A stretch of 64,000 nucleotides of DNA from Cyanobacteriota bacterium (GTDB lineage Bacteria > Cyanobacteriota > Cyanobacteriia > Thermostichales > Thermostichaceae). Each line of letters starts with the position of its first letter. Positions within the stretch are counted from its first letter, which is position 1. The stretch lies in the NCBI GenBank assembly GCA_033764955.1, contig JANRIL010000020.1:104621-168620 (forward strand), read 5' to 3'. The notes under the pieces were generated by a model. It was not told the origin of the DNA. It did no database searches and was given only the letters and a program-made list of their open reading frames with translations. Position numbers and translations under genes: made by a program. Positions 53,901-63,419 of the stretch are shown here, piece after piece.

Positions 53901-56808
53901 CATAGGCATAGGCAGAATCTTCTGTGATGCCCTGAGTCATGGATAAATAAACTAGGTGAGCTGACAAAAGAAAGTAGGTATCAGCATCAGAGAAATAGGC
54001 AGAAGAAACCATAACTGCCAATAACTTCATGATTAACTTTTGTCGTTCATCCGTCACCAATGGCAACTCTTTCAATGAATTGATGGAACGGGATCCCAGT
54101 GTAGAAAAAAGTTGATCAATTTGCTGATTCAGGAGGGTATTCAAATTGGTCGAATGGCTAGGGAAGATATCTTCTCCCAATGAGAGTAATCCTTCCCTTC
54201 CCAATTGTAAAACCTCAGCATATCGCCCTTGATTATAATAGAGCAATAGCTTAACTGAATATACTTTTGCCTGATCAATACTTGAACTTGCATGCAGAAG
54301 GGTATAGTCAAAAAGTTGATCCGCTTCCTCAAAATGACGGTTGATATACTCGCATTCGGCAGCTTTCAAATGCAGATCGAAAGCAAAATAATAGTCAGAC
54401 TGCCAAATTTCCGCGGGAACAACATCAACAGCCAGTAAAAAATACTTAAGAGCCGCTTCATAGGCAGAAGATTCTTTGGCTTTGTCTCCGGCTTTTTTGC
54501 TCAAATGTGCTAACTGTAGATAGTCTTGAGAATCACCCAATAAAGGCAGTGCAACCTGCCAGTAGTTAACAATGTCAAATAGATAATAATCTAAAAAATC
54601 TTCACCCTGATTTGATCGCTCTGCTTGTTTTAGATAGATTTTTCCTATCTTGAAACAAATCTCCTGCCTTTCCCCATCACTTAGCAAGCTATTAGCCGCC
54701 TGTTGCACTCGATCATGAATAAAGCTACAAAAAATATCTGAATTCTCAGAGATATGAGAAGATTCTTCTTTCGGTGAACTATCGGGAGAATAGACCATGC
54801 CTTCTAGTGGGATACCCAGAAAAAATGGAGATTCCGAGCTTTTTTCCTGAGTAATCAATCCTGCCTCTTGGATGAATTGCATTTGTGCCAGCGTTTGATC
54901 CCAGGTTTGTTCTAACAAGTGGGTGAGTATGGATATGGAAAACCGATATCCTAAACAAGCTGCTGCCTTCAAAAATGCTTGGGTATACTTCGGCAACTTG
55001 AGGAGTTCGGCCTGCACAAACTCCAGAACACTTTGTCCCAGTAACGCTTTTTGAATGGAGGCCAGATTCCACTGCCACTGTCCTGCTTCAAAATCAAAAG
55101 CAATTAGCCTTTCCTGAGCCAGGGATCTAAACAGTTGACGGAGAAAAAATGGATTACCCTCCGTTGTTTGATAGAGGAGTTCTGCCAGTGAAGCCAATTC
55201 TGTTTCCGACCGTTGCAGGATATCTTCTAGGCAATTTAGAACATCGGTTAAAGCTAAATTTTGCAGGGTAAAAGCGTGAACCGTGATCCCCGACTTTTGG
55301 ATCTCCTGTAGGGTAAAGGCAAGTGGATGAGTGGGATCCACCTCTCCATCTCGATAGGCAGCAATCATCAAACAATCATGATGATCAGTCTCTTGCAATA
55401 AATCCTGCAACAAATGCAACGAGCCTAAATCTGCCCATTGCAAATCATCCAAAAAAAGTACCAATGGATGCTGGGGCTGCGTAAAGACCCGTAGAAATTT
55501 CTTGAAAGTTGCATTGAATCGGTAACGGGTTTCTAGGGATCCCAGGGTGGGGACGGGTTGTTGCTCTCCTGTAATCAACGCTAGTTCGGGGATGACATCT
55601 ACAATCACCGAGGTATGGGGATGCAATGCCTGCAAAATTAAGGCTTTCCACCGTTGAATTTGAGCTTGGTCTTGGGTCAACAATTGGCGAATAAGCCCCT
55701 GAAACGCCTGCACTAAGCAGCCATAGGGAACATGACGTTGGAATTGATCAAACTTACCTGCCACAAAATATCCGGGCTGGTTTTCCATCACCTGACGCAG
55801 ACTCTGCACCAATGCTGACTTGCCTGTCCCTGCGGCTCCTCTGACCAGCAGCAGCATCGCCGGACTACCCACCTGCACCTGTTGCCATAACTCCTGCAAT
55901 TGGCATATCTCTTGACGGCGGCCATACAGGTGGTCAGGCCACTGCAAGATAGCGGAGGGATCCCGCTGCCCCAACGGAAAAAGCACCACCTGCCCACTCT
56001 CTTGCCATTGATGCCAGCATTCCAGCAAATCCTGTTGCAGACCAAAAGCGCTTTGATAGCGATTCTGGGGGTTTTTGGCCAGCAGTTTCATGACCAGATC
56101 TGAGAGGCTGATCGGGATCTCAGGCCGCAGGCGATGGGGAGCCACCGGGATCTGAGCCAGATGTTGATGGATCCACTCCAGAGGCTCCTGGGCTTGTAGC
56201 GGGTATACCCCAGTCAGCAGATAGTAAAAATGTACCCCCAGCGTATAGTAATCACTGCGATGATCGACCTGCCAATTCATGCGTCCCGTTTGTTCTGGGG
56301 AAATGTGCGTCAGCACAGGGGGCAACCCTAGGTCGGGCAAAGGGTGGGGATCCGACTCCCAAGTGGCAAAACGCAGATCCACCAGCGTCAGGGTTTTGGC
56401 CTGGGGATCCCGCAATATATGACCCAACTGCAAATCTCGATGGATCACCCCGGCGCTGTGCAGTTGCGCCACTAGGCCAGCCATTGATTGAGCTAGTTCT
56501 AAAAAGCCGGCAATCGACAAGGGCAATGGTAGGGCACTGAGGGGGATCCCGGAACAGGTCTGCAACACCATTGCCAGATGGGGATCCTCCAGAAGGGTGA
56601 GCGGGCGAACCAGATGGGCTACCGACAACTGCTGGAAGAGCGCAAACTCGTGCTGAAACTGCTGCCTATCCTGCTGGCTGGGGGGCTGGCTATGCAAAAT
56701 CCGAATCAGCACTGGTTGTCGATCCGCAAGCTGCTCCCCGTGAAACAAAGACCGACTGGCATCGGATGTAATTAACTGGGTGAGACGATAGCCAGGGAGG
56801 GTAATCAT
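50959..56808 (-). CDS. HstK-like multidomain kinase: (pseudo)Ser/Thr kinase-AAA ATPase-GAF-PAS-His kinase
   Basis: SPEQTGRMN, GAAGTGKS, FLDDLQWAD, GAF (YLENNL), SHELRTP, GGTGLGL. Confidence 0.9.
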   Translation of the reverse strand: MITLPGYRLTQLITSDASRSLFHGEQLADRQPVLIRILHSQPPSQQDRQQFQHEFALFQQLSVAHLVRPLTLLEDPHLAMVLQTCSGIPLSALPLPLSIAGFLELAQSMAGLVAQLHSAGVIHRDLQLGHILRDPQAKTLTLVDLRFATWESDPHPLPDLGLPPVLTHISPEQTGRMNWQVDHRSDYYTLGVHFYYLLTGVYPLQAQEPLEWIHQHLAQIPVAPHRLRPEIPISLSDLVMKLLAKNPQNRYQSAFGLQQDLLECWHQWQESGQVVLFPLGQRDPSAILQWPDHLYGRRQEICQLQELWQQVQVGSPAMLLLVRGAAGTGKSALVQSLRQVMENQPGYFVAGKFDQFQRHVPYGCLVQAFQGLIRQLLTQDQAQIQRWKALILQALHPHTSVIVDVIPELALITGEQQPVPTLGSLETRYRFNATFKKFLRVFTQPQHPLVLFLDDLQWADLGSLHLLQDLLQETDHHDCLMIAAYRDGEVDPTHPLAFTLQEIQKSGITVHAFTLQNLALTDVLNCLEDILQRSETELASLAELLYQTTEGNPFFLRQLFRSLAQERLIAFDFEAGQWQWNLASIQKALLGQSVLEFVQAELLKLPKYTQAFLKAAACLGYRFSISILTHLLEQTWDQTLAQMQFIQEAGLITQEKSSESPFFLGIPLEGMVYSPDSSPKEESSHISENSDIFCSFIHDRVQQAANSLLSDGERQEICFKIGKIYLKQAERSNQGEDFLDYYLFDIVNYWQVALPLLGDSQDYLQLAHLSKKAGDKAKESSAYEAALKYFLLAVDVVPAEIWQSDYYFAFDLHLKAAECEYINRHFEEADQLFDYTLLHASSSIDQAKVYSVKLLLYYNQGRYAEVLQLGREGLLSLGEDIFPSHSTNLNTLLNQQIDQLFSTLGSRSINSLKELPLVTDERQKLIMKLLAVMVSSAYFSDADTYFLLSAHLVYLSMTQGITEDSAYAYASFGIFMGSRLADYQRAYAFGEVGIQIAEEFPQSPARGRALQAFSCHIDHWVVHVRKSRQLALKSFQYCLEAGDLVHAGFASTIYSYRTLVQGDPLTEVEIDAKNCLDFLTQIQFKAEYPFPILCRTLVHCLQQPDQSTDTFDKYLQETEKKPSYLVFLESAGLRSAVHLYYILKTQFLYLFGHFTAAEQSAKAALDYEQASVGQLRIGEHAFYYALTLVQLSKQGSLEKQTAIKQAFQVQKQRIASWAKDCPDNYQHKLLLLEAEEARLEGNDLLAMQNYDLAIDAASEQKFMQNQALIYELAGSFYHQKGLTRHARTYLKSAYHHYQQWGSVAKVSDLENRYPDLKLTTLLASSHPSDTSRPFVAAPGSLDLVSVTRASQALSSQIDLPLLLETLMQLVIENAGAEYGALILSKNNQLVVEAVAQVNQSHIHLLQSQPINTYSDIPFSIIYYVQRTQESLIINDARQQQPFNQDPYVQVHQPKSILCSPIFHQGRLTGIFYLENNLTTSAFTPDRLEILSILSSQAAISIENAFLYSTLEQRVAQRTQQLTEKNHELELTLQELQNQIFVRQQTEAELGKSLSLLKATLDATADGILATDLYQKVIAVNRRFAEMWEIPESSLLNFDAEVWLALMAHQTQDPQGFISGTQAIYCHPQLISTDLVELASGRIFERYSYPQTINNTIAGRVWSYRDITEYKKVERMKNEFVSMVSHELRTPMTSIQGSLGLINGGIAGRLPDQVHLLIDIAYKNTRRLVLLINDILDIEKIESGKMAFDLKAVDLVTLVQQSIEASQAYAKQFEVVFQLENHLSTLTNADGEGDTSANFDKVLVDSNRLMQVMINLLSNAAKFSPPQSTVTVSVQRILEAVSPVGAALSTEAELQGEPMTPAYFLRVAVSDHGPGIPAAFHSQIFQKFAQADSSDTRQKGGTGLGLSICKAIIENMGGKIDFVTEEGKGTTFYFDLPPLSVERSGACGQG

Positions 56809-57068
56809 GAGTAGCTCAAACTAGGCTCAACGAGCCAACATGATGTTTTATTCTAGTCTGGCTTGCTGGGTCAGATCTGGATTATGGCTGGCTAAGTAGG
56901 CTCAGCTTGTGATGACGAAGCCGTCAAAATGGCATCTCATTGACAGCAATAAACTTATGGTCAAAATCTCCCCTGTCAGACTAAGTTGAATTGCCTAGAA
57001 TGGGGAGGGCTTTATAGTCCTTTACACAATACACAATAATTAAGATACCCATCGAGATCGCAACGCTG

Positions 57069-58466
57069 ATGATCCTCTTGCAACGGCTAGGGCTAAACCG
57101 GATTCCGTGGACGGCTGAATTGGCTGGCATCCTCTTGGTGTATTTTGTGCAGGGGGCGATTGGCTTAGCTCGACTGGCTACTACCTTTTACTTCAAAGAT
57201 AATTTGGGCTTGAGTCCCTCCCAGACAGCAGCATTGACGGGGATAGCGGTGATTCCCTGGACGGTCAAACCCCTCTATGGCTGGCTATCGGATCATCTGC
57301 CCTTGGCTGGCTATCGGCGGCGACCTTATCTATTGCTATCGGGTGTTTTAGGCTGTTTGGCTTGGCTGGTGTTGGCGCTCTGGGCGAATTCCGTCTGGTT
57401 AGCCACCGCGATGGTGACATTGGGATCCCTGTCGGTGGCGATAGGGGATGTGATTGTGGACTCATTGGTGGTGGAACGCTCCCGTAGCCAGGATTGGGCG
57501 GGGACGGGATCCCTGCAATCTTTGAGTTGGGGAGCAACGGCGCTGGGATCATTGGTAACCGCCTATCTGGGAGGACTGTTGTTGCAGCACTATTCCCCAC
57601 AGATGGTGTTCGGCTTAACGGCAGGATTACCGCTTTTGACCGTGCTGGCGGTGGGATTGATCCAAGAAGCCCCTGTGCAGGAATCGGCTCCTTTTGCCCT
57701 CCGTTCGCAGATTCAGCAGATTGTTGGGGCACTGCGTCAACCTGCTATCGGTTTGCCCATCCTGTTTGTATTTTTTTGGCAGGCTACCCCCAACGCGGAG
57801 TCGGCCTTTTTTTACTTTGTCACCAATGACTTGGGCTTTGGAGCCGAATTTTTGGGGCAAATTCGTTTGGTGAGCAGCCTTGCCCTCCTGCTGGGTGTGG
57901 CCATTTTTCAGCTCTATTTGCGCTGGATCCCGCTACGTCCCCTGTTTGCCTGGATCACCCTGATCTCGGCGGGCTTGGGCTTGACCAGCTTGATTTTGGT
58001 CTATCACCTAAATCGGGCTTGGGGCATTGATGACCACTGGTTTAGTTTGGGGGATACCCTGATTTTGACGGTAGCAGGTCAGATCGCCTACATGCCGATC
58101 CTAGTCTTGGCGGCTCGCCTTTGTCCAGCGGGCATCGAGGCCACCTTGTTTGCCCTACTCATGTCTATCCTTAACCTTGCCGGATTTTTATCCCATGAAT
58201 GGGGGGCAGGGTTAATGCAATGGCTGGGCATCAGTGAGCACGATTTTAGTCATCTAGGTGACTTGGTGGTGATCACCAATCTGGTGCGGTTGCTCCCCCT
58301 CCTCCTGCTGGGATGGTTGCCTGCTCAGCTACCGAACAGCGCCAGCCCCAGCCCAGGGGATCCCTCTGGAGCTTCTTTAGGAGCGGAAGCCTTGGATTGG
58401 CGAGAAGGGGATCTTTCGTTAGCAAGGGCAACGGAGGCGGCTCAAGAGTCGGTCGGGATCCTTTAG
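57069..58466 (+). CDS. Folate/biopterin (BT1/FBT) MFS transporter
   Basis: VYFVQG, PWTVKPLYG.LSD..P..GYRRRPY, ARLCPAGIEATLFALLMS. Confidence 0.92.
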   Translation: MILLQRLGLNRIPWTAELAGILLVYFVQGAIGLARLATTFYFKDNLGLSPSQTAALTGIAVIPWTVKPLYGWLSDHLPLAGYRRRPYLLLSGVLGCLAWLVLALWANSVWLATAMVTLGSLSVAIGDVIVDSLVVERSRSQDWAGTGSLQSLSWGATALGSLVTAYLGGLLLQHYSPQMVFGLTAGLPLLTVLAVGLIQEAPVQESAPFALRSQIQQIVGALRQPAIGLPILFVFFWQATPNAESAFFYFVTNDLGFGAEFLGQIRLVSSLALLLGVAIFQLYLRWIPLRPLFAWITLISAGLGLTSLILVYHLNRAWGIDDHWFSLGDTLILTVAGQIAYMPILVLAARLCPAGIEATLFALLMSILNLAGFLSHEWGAGLMQWLGISEHDFSHLGDLVVITNLVRLLPLLLLGWLPAQLPNSASPSPGDPSGASLGAEALDWREGDLSLARATEAAQESVGIL

Positions 58467-58507
58467 CGCGTCATCTTCTCTCTTGAAACCGAATGGATTG
58501 GGTGTCC

Positions 58508-60013
58508 TTAGCGACTGCGGGCTTTGCGAAAGCGAGAACGAGCTTTGGCCAGTTGCCCACTGATCAGCTTCACAATGGCTTGAGCCGCCCCCGGTTCCCC
58601 CCCTAGGCTACGGAGGCGGTGGCTGATCTGCTGGCGTTTTTGCGGATCCTCCAATAAGTCGCGGCTATACTCGGCAATCTGAACCGGACGGAGATGTCCG
58701 CGCATTTCTTTTACCACTTCTTCCCCCGCCCAAATGTTAGGCCATGCCAGTAATCCTAAAAACCGTTGGTGAGCTATCCAGTTAACCGCTTTGGCCAGGA
58801 GAGTGCCGATGATCGGCAGATTGACCAACAAACCCAACAGCCCATCCCAGGCTCGCATCGCCTCTAGCTTATTCAGCGGAATCACCACCACCATCGGCAC
58901 CCCTAAACAGGCTAGTTCGGCAGTGTTGGCTCCTACGGTGGTGATGCAGAGGTCACAGTTGGCTAGGACGGAGTAGGCGGGAAACGTCGTCCAGAGGTTA
59001 ACTATCGTGCCATAGGGGGTGACAAACTGGGATCCCAAATTGGTTTGTTCGAGGATGCCGGAGGTGCCATAGACCAATCCCATATCGCGGTTAGTCTTGG
59101 GCTGGGCATAGCTAGCCAGAGATTTCGCCGTTTGGGTAGGAGCAACGGGCAAAACAAAACTCACATTGGGCAATAATTGGCGTAACTCATCGGCAATCGC
59201 CAAAACCATCGGCACCCCCAGCGACAACTTAGCGGGCTTGGATCCCGGCAAAAGCCCGATCTGAAAATGGGTGCGTCCCTTTTCAGTGAGGCGTTGCCAG
59301 CCACGCGGTAATAGGGCGGCATCAGGGGTTGTCGTCGGAACCTCTTCGGGCAGCGTTGTCACATCAAGGGAGGAGTCTAGATCATCAACAATGATTTTGG
59401 GTGGAGTCGATTTGGAGCGGGGCAGGAGGGCTTCCCCATAGGATCCCGTAGCAGACCAACCCAAAATAGGCAATCCGGGCAAATAGGTGGCACTGGCTAC
59501 CCCATCCACCATCAAATCTCCCACCACCTGCATTTTGGTGCGCCAGCGATGCTGCCACAACCAACCGCCGTCATAACGCTGCTTAATGGCTTCGTTTCGC
59601 ACCGCAAAAACATTGGCAAAGATTCGCCAACGGGGTTCTTGCTCCACATAAATAATGCTGCGAAATCCTAGGCGATACCCCGCCAAAATGGTGAAAAACT
59701 GATCCCCCCCCAAAAACACAACCACCCCACGGGGTGCCCATTCCCAGGATTCCTCCGTTTGTCCGGTCAGCAAAAAGGTCAAGAAAAAATCAGCATCCTG
59801 CACGCGATCCACACCCACATATTCCTGCGCCATCATGACCTCTTGGCCGGAGGCATGGGGACAGGGGGAGAGGATCAAAGAAATCCGTGCCTGCGGGATC
59901 CGTTCTCGCAACTCTAAGACAACCGGACGAACCCAAGTTGCCAACTCACCAGGGCCGTTTGAGAAAATAACAACATCATAGGGCTGTGCCCCACCTTCTA
60001 GATAAGCCGCCAT
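58508..60013 (-). CDS. Lipid-A-disaccharide-synthase-related glycosyltransferase
   Basis: SNGPGELATWVRP, FLGGDQ, GLLPGSK, TTVGANTAEL, AWPNIWA; carries an internal insertion. Confidence 0.8.
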   Translation of the reverse strand: MAAYLEGGAQPYDVVIFSNGPGELATWVRPVVLELRERIPQARISLILSPCPHASGQEVMMAQEYVGVDRVQDADFFLTFLLTGQTEESWEWAPRGVVVFLGGDQFFTILAGYRLGFRSIIYVEQEPRWRIFANVFAVRNEAIKQRYDGGWLWQHRWRTKMQVVGDLMVDGVASATYLPGLPILGWSATGSYGEALLPRSKSTPPKIIVDDLDSSLDVTTLPEEVPTTTPDAALLPRGWQRLTEKGRTHFQIGLLPGSKPAKLSLGVPMVLAIADELRQLLPNVSFVLPVAPTQTAKSLASYAQPKTNRDMGLVYGTSGILEQTNLGSQFVTPYGTIVNLWTTFPAYSVLANCDLCITTVGANTAELACLGVPMVVVIPLNKLEAMRAWDGLLGLLVNLPIIGTLLAKAVNWIAHQRFLGLLAWPNIWAGEEVVKEMRGHLRPVQIAEYSRDLLEDPQKRQQISHRLRSLGGEPGAAQAIVKLISGQLAKARSRFRKARSR

Positions 60014-60221
60014 GATGAGAGGTAACAGAGGAACATCAGAAACAGGTTGCTGACGAAGAAACCCACACCCCAAATACCCTCAATCGATGGATTCAGTAAC
60101 AGGTTCGGGTGGGGAAGTGGCAAATATGCCAATTGTATAGCCCTCTTCCCGAAATAGACATCTTGTGAGCTTTTTTTCAGTAATCCCCTGATGATAGCGA
60201 TGGCGACGGAAAGCTAGCCAG

Positions 60222-62150
60222 CTAGGAGAGGGAGGGGGATAGCGCTGGTGATGGGGCATGGGGAAAGGATTGTAGCTGCAAATAGATCAGCAGGGCATTG
60301 ATGTCGGCGGGATTCACCCCCCCAATACGTGCTGCCTGACCAAGGGTGAGGGGGCGCACCAAGGAAAGTTTTTCTCTGGCCTCTTTGGAAAGGGTCGTAA
60401 TAGCTTGATAGTTGAGATCACTGGGCAAAGGCCGTTGATATTGGCGGGTAATCTGGTTGATTTGAGCCTGCTGCCGTTGAATATAACCGCTGTATTTGAT
60501 GGCAATCTCGACAGCTTCCTGCTCGATTATCCCCAGATCGGGATCCCCCAGTCCCAGTTGCTGGAGGTCGGCGTAGTGAAGGTCGGAGCGACGCAGCAGT
60601 TCCGCCAGGGTTGCGGATCCCCGAATCGCTTGATCGGTCAATTGGCTGAGGGCAACACCCGCCGCGGCCTGCGCCTTCACCCGTTGCTGTTCGAGGCGGT
60701 CAATTTCCTGGCTGATGGCGGCCTGTTTGCTTTGAAACAGGTTCCAGCGGCGGTCGTCAATTAAGCCGATGGTTCGCCCCAAAGGGGTGAGGCGTTGGTC
60801 GGCGTTGTCTGAGCGCAAAATCAGGCGATATTCAGAGCGGCTGGTCAACATGCGATAGGGTTCATGCAGATCTTTGGTGCAGAGATCGTCGATTAGAGTG
60901 CCGATGTAGCTGGATTCACGGGGCAGAATATGCAGGGGTTTGGCTTGGACATAACAGGCGGCGTTGATGCCCGCCAGCAAACCTTGGCAAGCGGCTTCTT
61001 CATAGCCCGTGGTGCCGTTGATCTGTCCGGCACAGAACAGTCCGGCAATCGGTTTGCTCATCAAACTGGGAAAGCATTGGGTGGCGGGCAGATAGTCATA
61101 CTCCACCGCATAGGCAGGCCGGAGCATCGTGCACTGTTCTAGTCCCGGTAGGCTCCGCAACATCTGGATCTGGATGGCTTCTGGCATTCCCGTAGAGAAC
61201 CCCTGAATGTAAAGTTCTGGGGTATCCCGTCCCTCCGGTTCGATAAAAATTTGGTGGCTGGTTTTGTCGGCAAAGCGGACAATTTTGTCTTCGATGCTGG
61301 GGCAGTAGCGGGGGCCTTTGGCATCCACCCAGCCGCCATAAACCGGGGTGAGGTGCAGGTGATCACGGATAATTTGGTGGGTAAGCTCGGTGGTGCGGGT
61401 CAGGTAGCAGGGCAGTTGGGGACGTTCGACCCAGGCTTGCGGATCGAAGCTAAACCAGCGCAGATCGGGATCCCCTAGCTGAGGCTCTAGGCGGTCAACA
61501 TCCACACTGCGGCGATCCACACGGGCGGGGGTTCCGGTTTTCAATCGTCCAGTGGTGAACCCCAACTCCCGTAGCGTATCGGTTAATCCCTCCACCGCAA
61601 ACTCCCCCGCCCGTCCTGCCGCTTGGGAATGTCTGCCGATCCAGATGCGCCCGCCCAAAAAGGTGCCCGTGGTCAAGATGAGGGCTTGGCAGCTAAAAAT
61701 CACGCCAAAGTGGGTTTGGATCCCTTGAATGTCATCGTTTTTGCCGATCACCAAATCGGTAACGGTGCCCTCCCGCAATACCAAATTGGCTTGATTCTCC
61801 ACGACTGAGCGCATAACACGGGCATATTCCCGCTTATCGGTCTGAGCCCGCAGTGCCCAAACCGCTGGCCCACGGGAGCGATTTAAGACCTTTTTTTGCA
61901 GATAGGTGCGGTCGGTTACTTTGCCCATCTCTCCCCCCAGAGCATCTAGCTCATGCACAAGCTGTGACTTGGCTGGCCCCCCCACAGCAGGATTGCAGGG
62001 TTGCCAAGCAATTTTGTCGAGATTGAGGGTCAATAAAAGGGTGCGACAGCCCAAGCGAGCTGATGCCAAGGCTGCCTCACAGCCGGAGTGGCCCGCCCCC
62101 ACCACAATCACATCAAAATGGTCAAGCGCGTCTACAGGGGAGGTAAGCAT
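60222..62150 (-). CDS. mnmG: tRNA uridine-5-carboxymethylaminomethyl(34) synthesis enzyme MnmG (GidA)
   Basis: [42 protein letters not shown]. Confidence 0.97.
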   Translation of the reverse strand: MLTSPVDALDHFDVIVVGAGHSGCEAALASARLGCRTLLLTLNLDKIAWQPCNPAVGGPAKSQLVHELDALGGEMGKVTDRTYLQKKVLNRSRGPAVWALRAQTDKREYARVMRSVVENQANLVLREGTVTDLVIGKNDDIQGIQTHFGVIFSCQALILTTGTFLGGRIWIGRHSQAAGRAGEFAVEGLTDTLRELGFTTGRLKTGTPARVDRRSVDVDRLEPQLGDPDLRWFSFDPQAWVERPQLPCYLTRTTELTHQIIRDHLHLTPVYGGWVDAKGPRYCPSIEDKIVRFADKTSHQIFIEPEGRDTPELYIQGFSTGMPEAIQIQMLRSLPGLEQCTMLRPAYAVEYDYLPATQCFPSLMSKPIAGLFCAGQINGTTGYEEAACQGLLAGINAACYVQAKPLHILPRESSYIGTLIDDLCTKDLHEPYRMLTSRSEYRLILRSDNADQRLTPLGRTIGLIDDRRWNLFQSKQAAISQEIDRLEQQRVKAQAAAGVALSQLTDQAIRGSATLAELLRRSDLHYADLQQLGLGDPDLGIIEQEAVEIAIKYSGYIQRQQAQINQITRQYQRPLPSDLNYQAITTLSKEAREKLSLVRPLTLGQAARIGGVNPADINALLIYLQLQSFPHAPSPALSPSLS

Positions 62151-62398
62151 GATCCAGAAGGAAAAAGGACATCATCAAATGGGCTAGACAAAAGCAAAGC
62201 GAAGGGATCCCATTCTATAAATTTTACGAATTTTTGGTCAGGCTAGTTTTGCCTAGCTGGGGGATTGGTTAGGGGATCCCTGGATGGCTACGATGCCTAA
62301 ACTCTGGGAATCAAAGCCGTCCCAGCAGCATTAGCAACTGATGGGGGATAGGGAAAAAATAGTGGGTTGAGAACTGAAAATAGCGGGGAATTTTGCAT

Positions 62399-62429
62399 AA
62401 AAAAAGCTGGCAGTGTGACGGCTGCCAGC
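62399..62429 (-). terminator. Intrinsic terminator of an unannotated minus-strand transcript
   Basis: Minus strand GCTGGCAG-ccgtcaca-CTGCCAGC-TTTTTTT, with no ORF of 60 aa or more upstream. Confidence 0.75.
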
Positions 62430-62942
62430 AACAAGTGTTCCCTGTTAGTGAGCTGATAACGTTACCGACTGACAACGAACTCAACCCGTATCATCAGTGT
62501 GCTGGATTACCCCACAGATCCGCATGATTGAGATCACAAATAATTGGTGATTGTCATCACAAGCATGGAAAGACTTAAAATAAATACCTGTGAATTTAAG
62601 TGAATTTACGGATAGGCAGGGTTCGGGAAATGCCGGCAGGGTGGGGGGATTGGCTCAAATTTTAGTAAGGAGATGAAAGATTCTAATGCTCTCTAAGATT
62701 CTAGGTTACTGTTCTCTCTGAACGAAATAACTACTGAAAGCCTCAGATTTGCCTCTTTTCTGGAGAAATAGGCAAATGGGGATCCCTATCTTTTTGGATG
62801 GGATGGGCTATCTTCTCCATCCGAAAAGCTATGCCGGAAACCGTAAGATGGTCTTGGTGTTTAGTGATGAGACTTGTTCCTCAAAAATGAGGTCAGATCA
62901 AGCCATAAAAGTCCGTTGACTGCGCCCGCTTACTTCTGGTTT

Positions 62943-63359
62943 ATGACACTCCACCACGTCTCCATTCGCACAGCCGATATCTTCCGTTCTATTGCGTTTT
63001 ATGAAAAACTAGATTTTCAAGTGGAATGTCGCTTTACCACCGGCATGACGCTGGCTTGTTGGCTCAAGGGATCCCTGGGGCGGATCGAGCTGATTCAAAT
63101 TCCTGACCCGATGCCGCCACCGGATGCGTTTGGGGATCCCCACTATGTGGGCTACTATCACCTCTCCTGGCTTGTCCCTTCTATTGCTACTCTTTTGGCC
63201 AAACTCGACTCTCCCCGGATATTGCTGCCACCCTGCCTGCAACAGATCGGTGAAGATTACTATCGAGTCGCTTTTATGGCGGATCCCGATGGTCTTCCGA
63301 TTGAAATAATGGAAAAGATCGAGGCTGGCTCTACCCCGCCAATCGATTCTATCTCCTAG
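62943..63359 (+). CDS. VOC/glyoxalase family protein
   Basis: LHHVSIRTADI, RIELIQ, GYYHLS, DPDGLPIE. Confidence 0.88.
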   Translation: MTLHHVSIRTADIFRSIAFYEKLDFQVECRFTTGMTLACWLKGSLGRIELIQIPDPMPPPDAFGDPHYVGYYHLSWLVPSIATLLAKLDSPRILLPPCLQQIGEDYYRVAFMADPDGLPIEIMEKIEAGSTPPIDSIS

Positions 63360-63419
63360 CGATTTCCTGACTTAAGTGGTGCCGCAGAGGTCATGCTAGC
63401 AACGCCAGTGAATGGGGAG

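Noticed and set aside
52200..55200. AT-rich stretch as a horizontally acquired island
   Set aside because: It is the interior of one continuous ORF and still contains host GGGATCCC sites.
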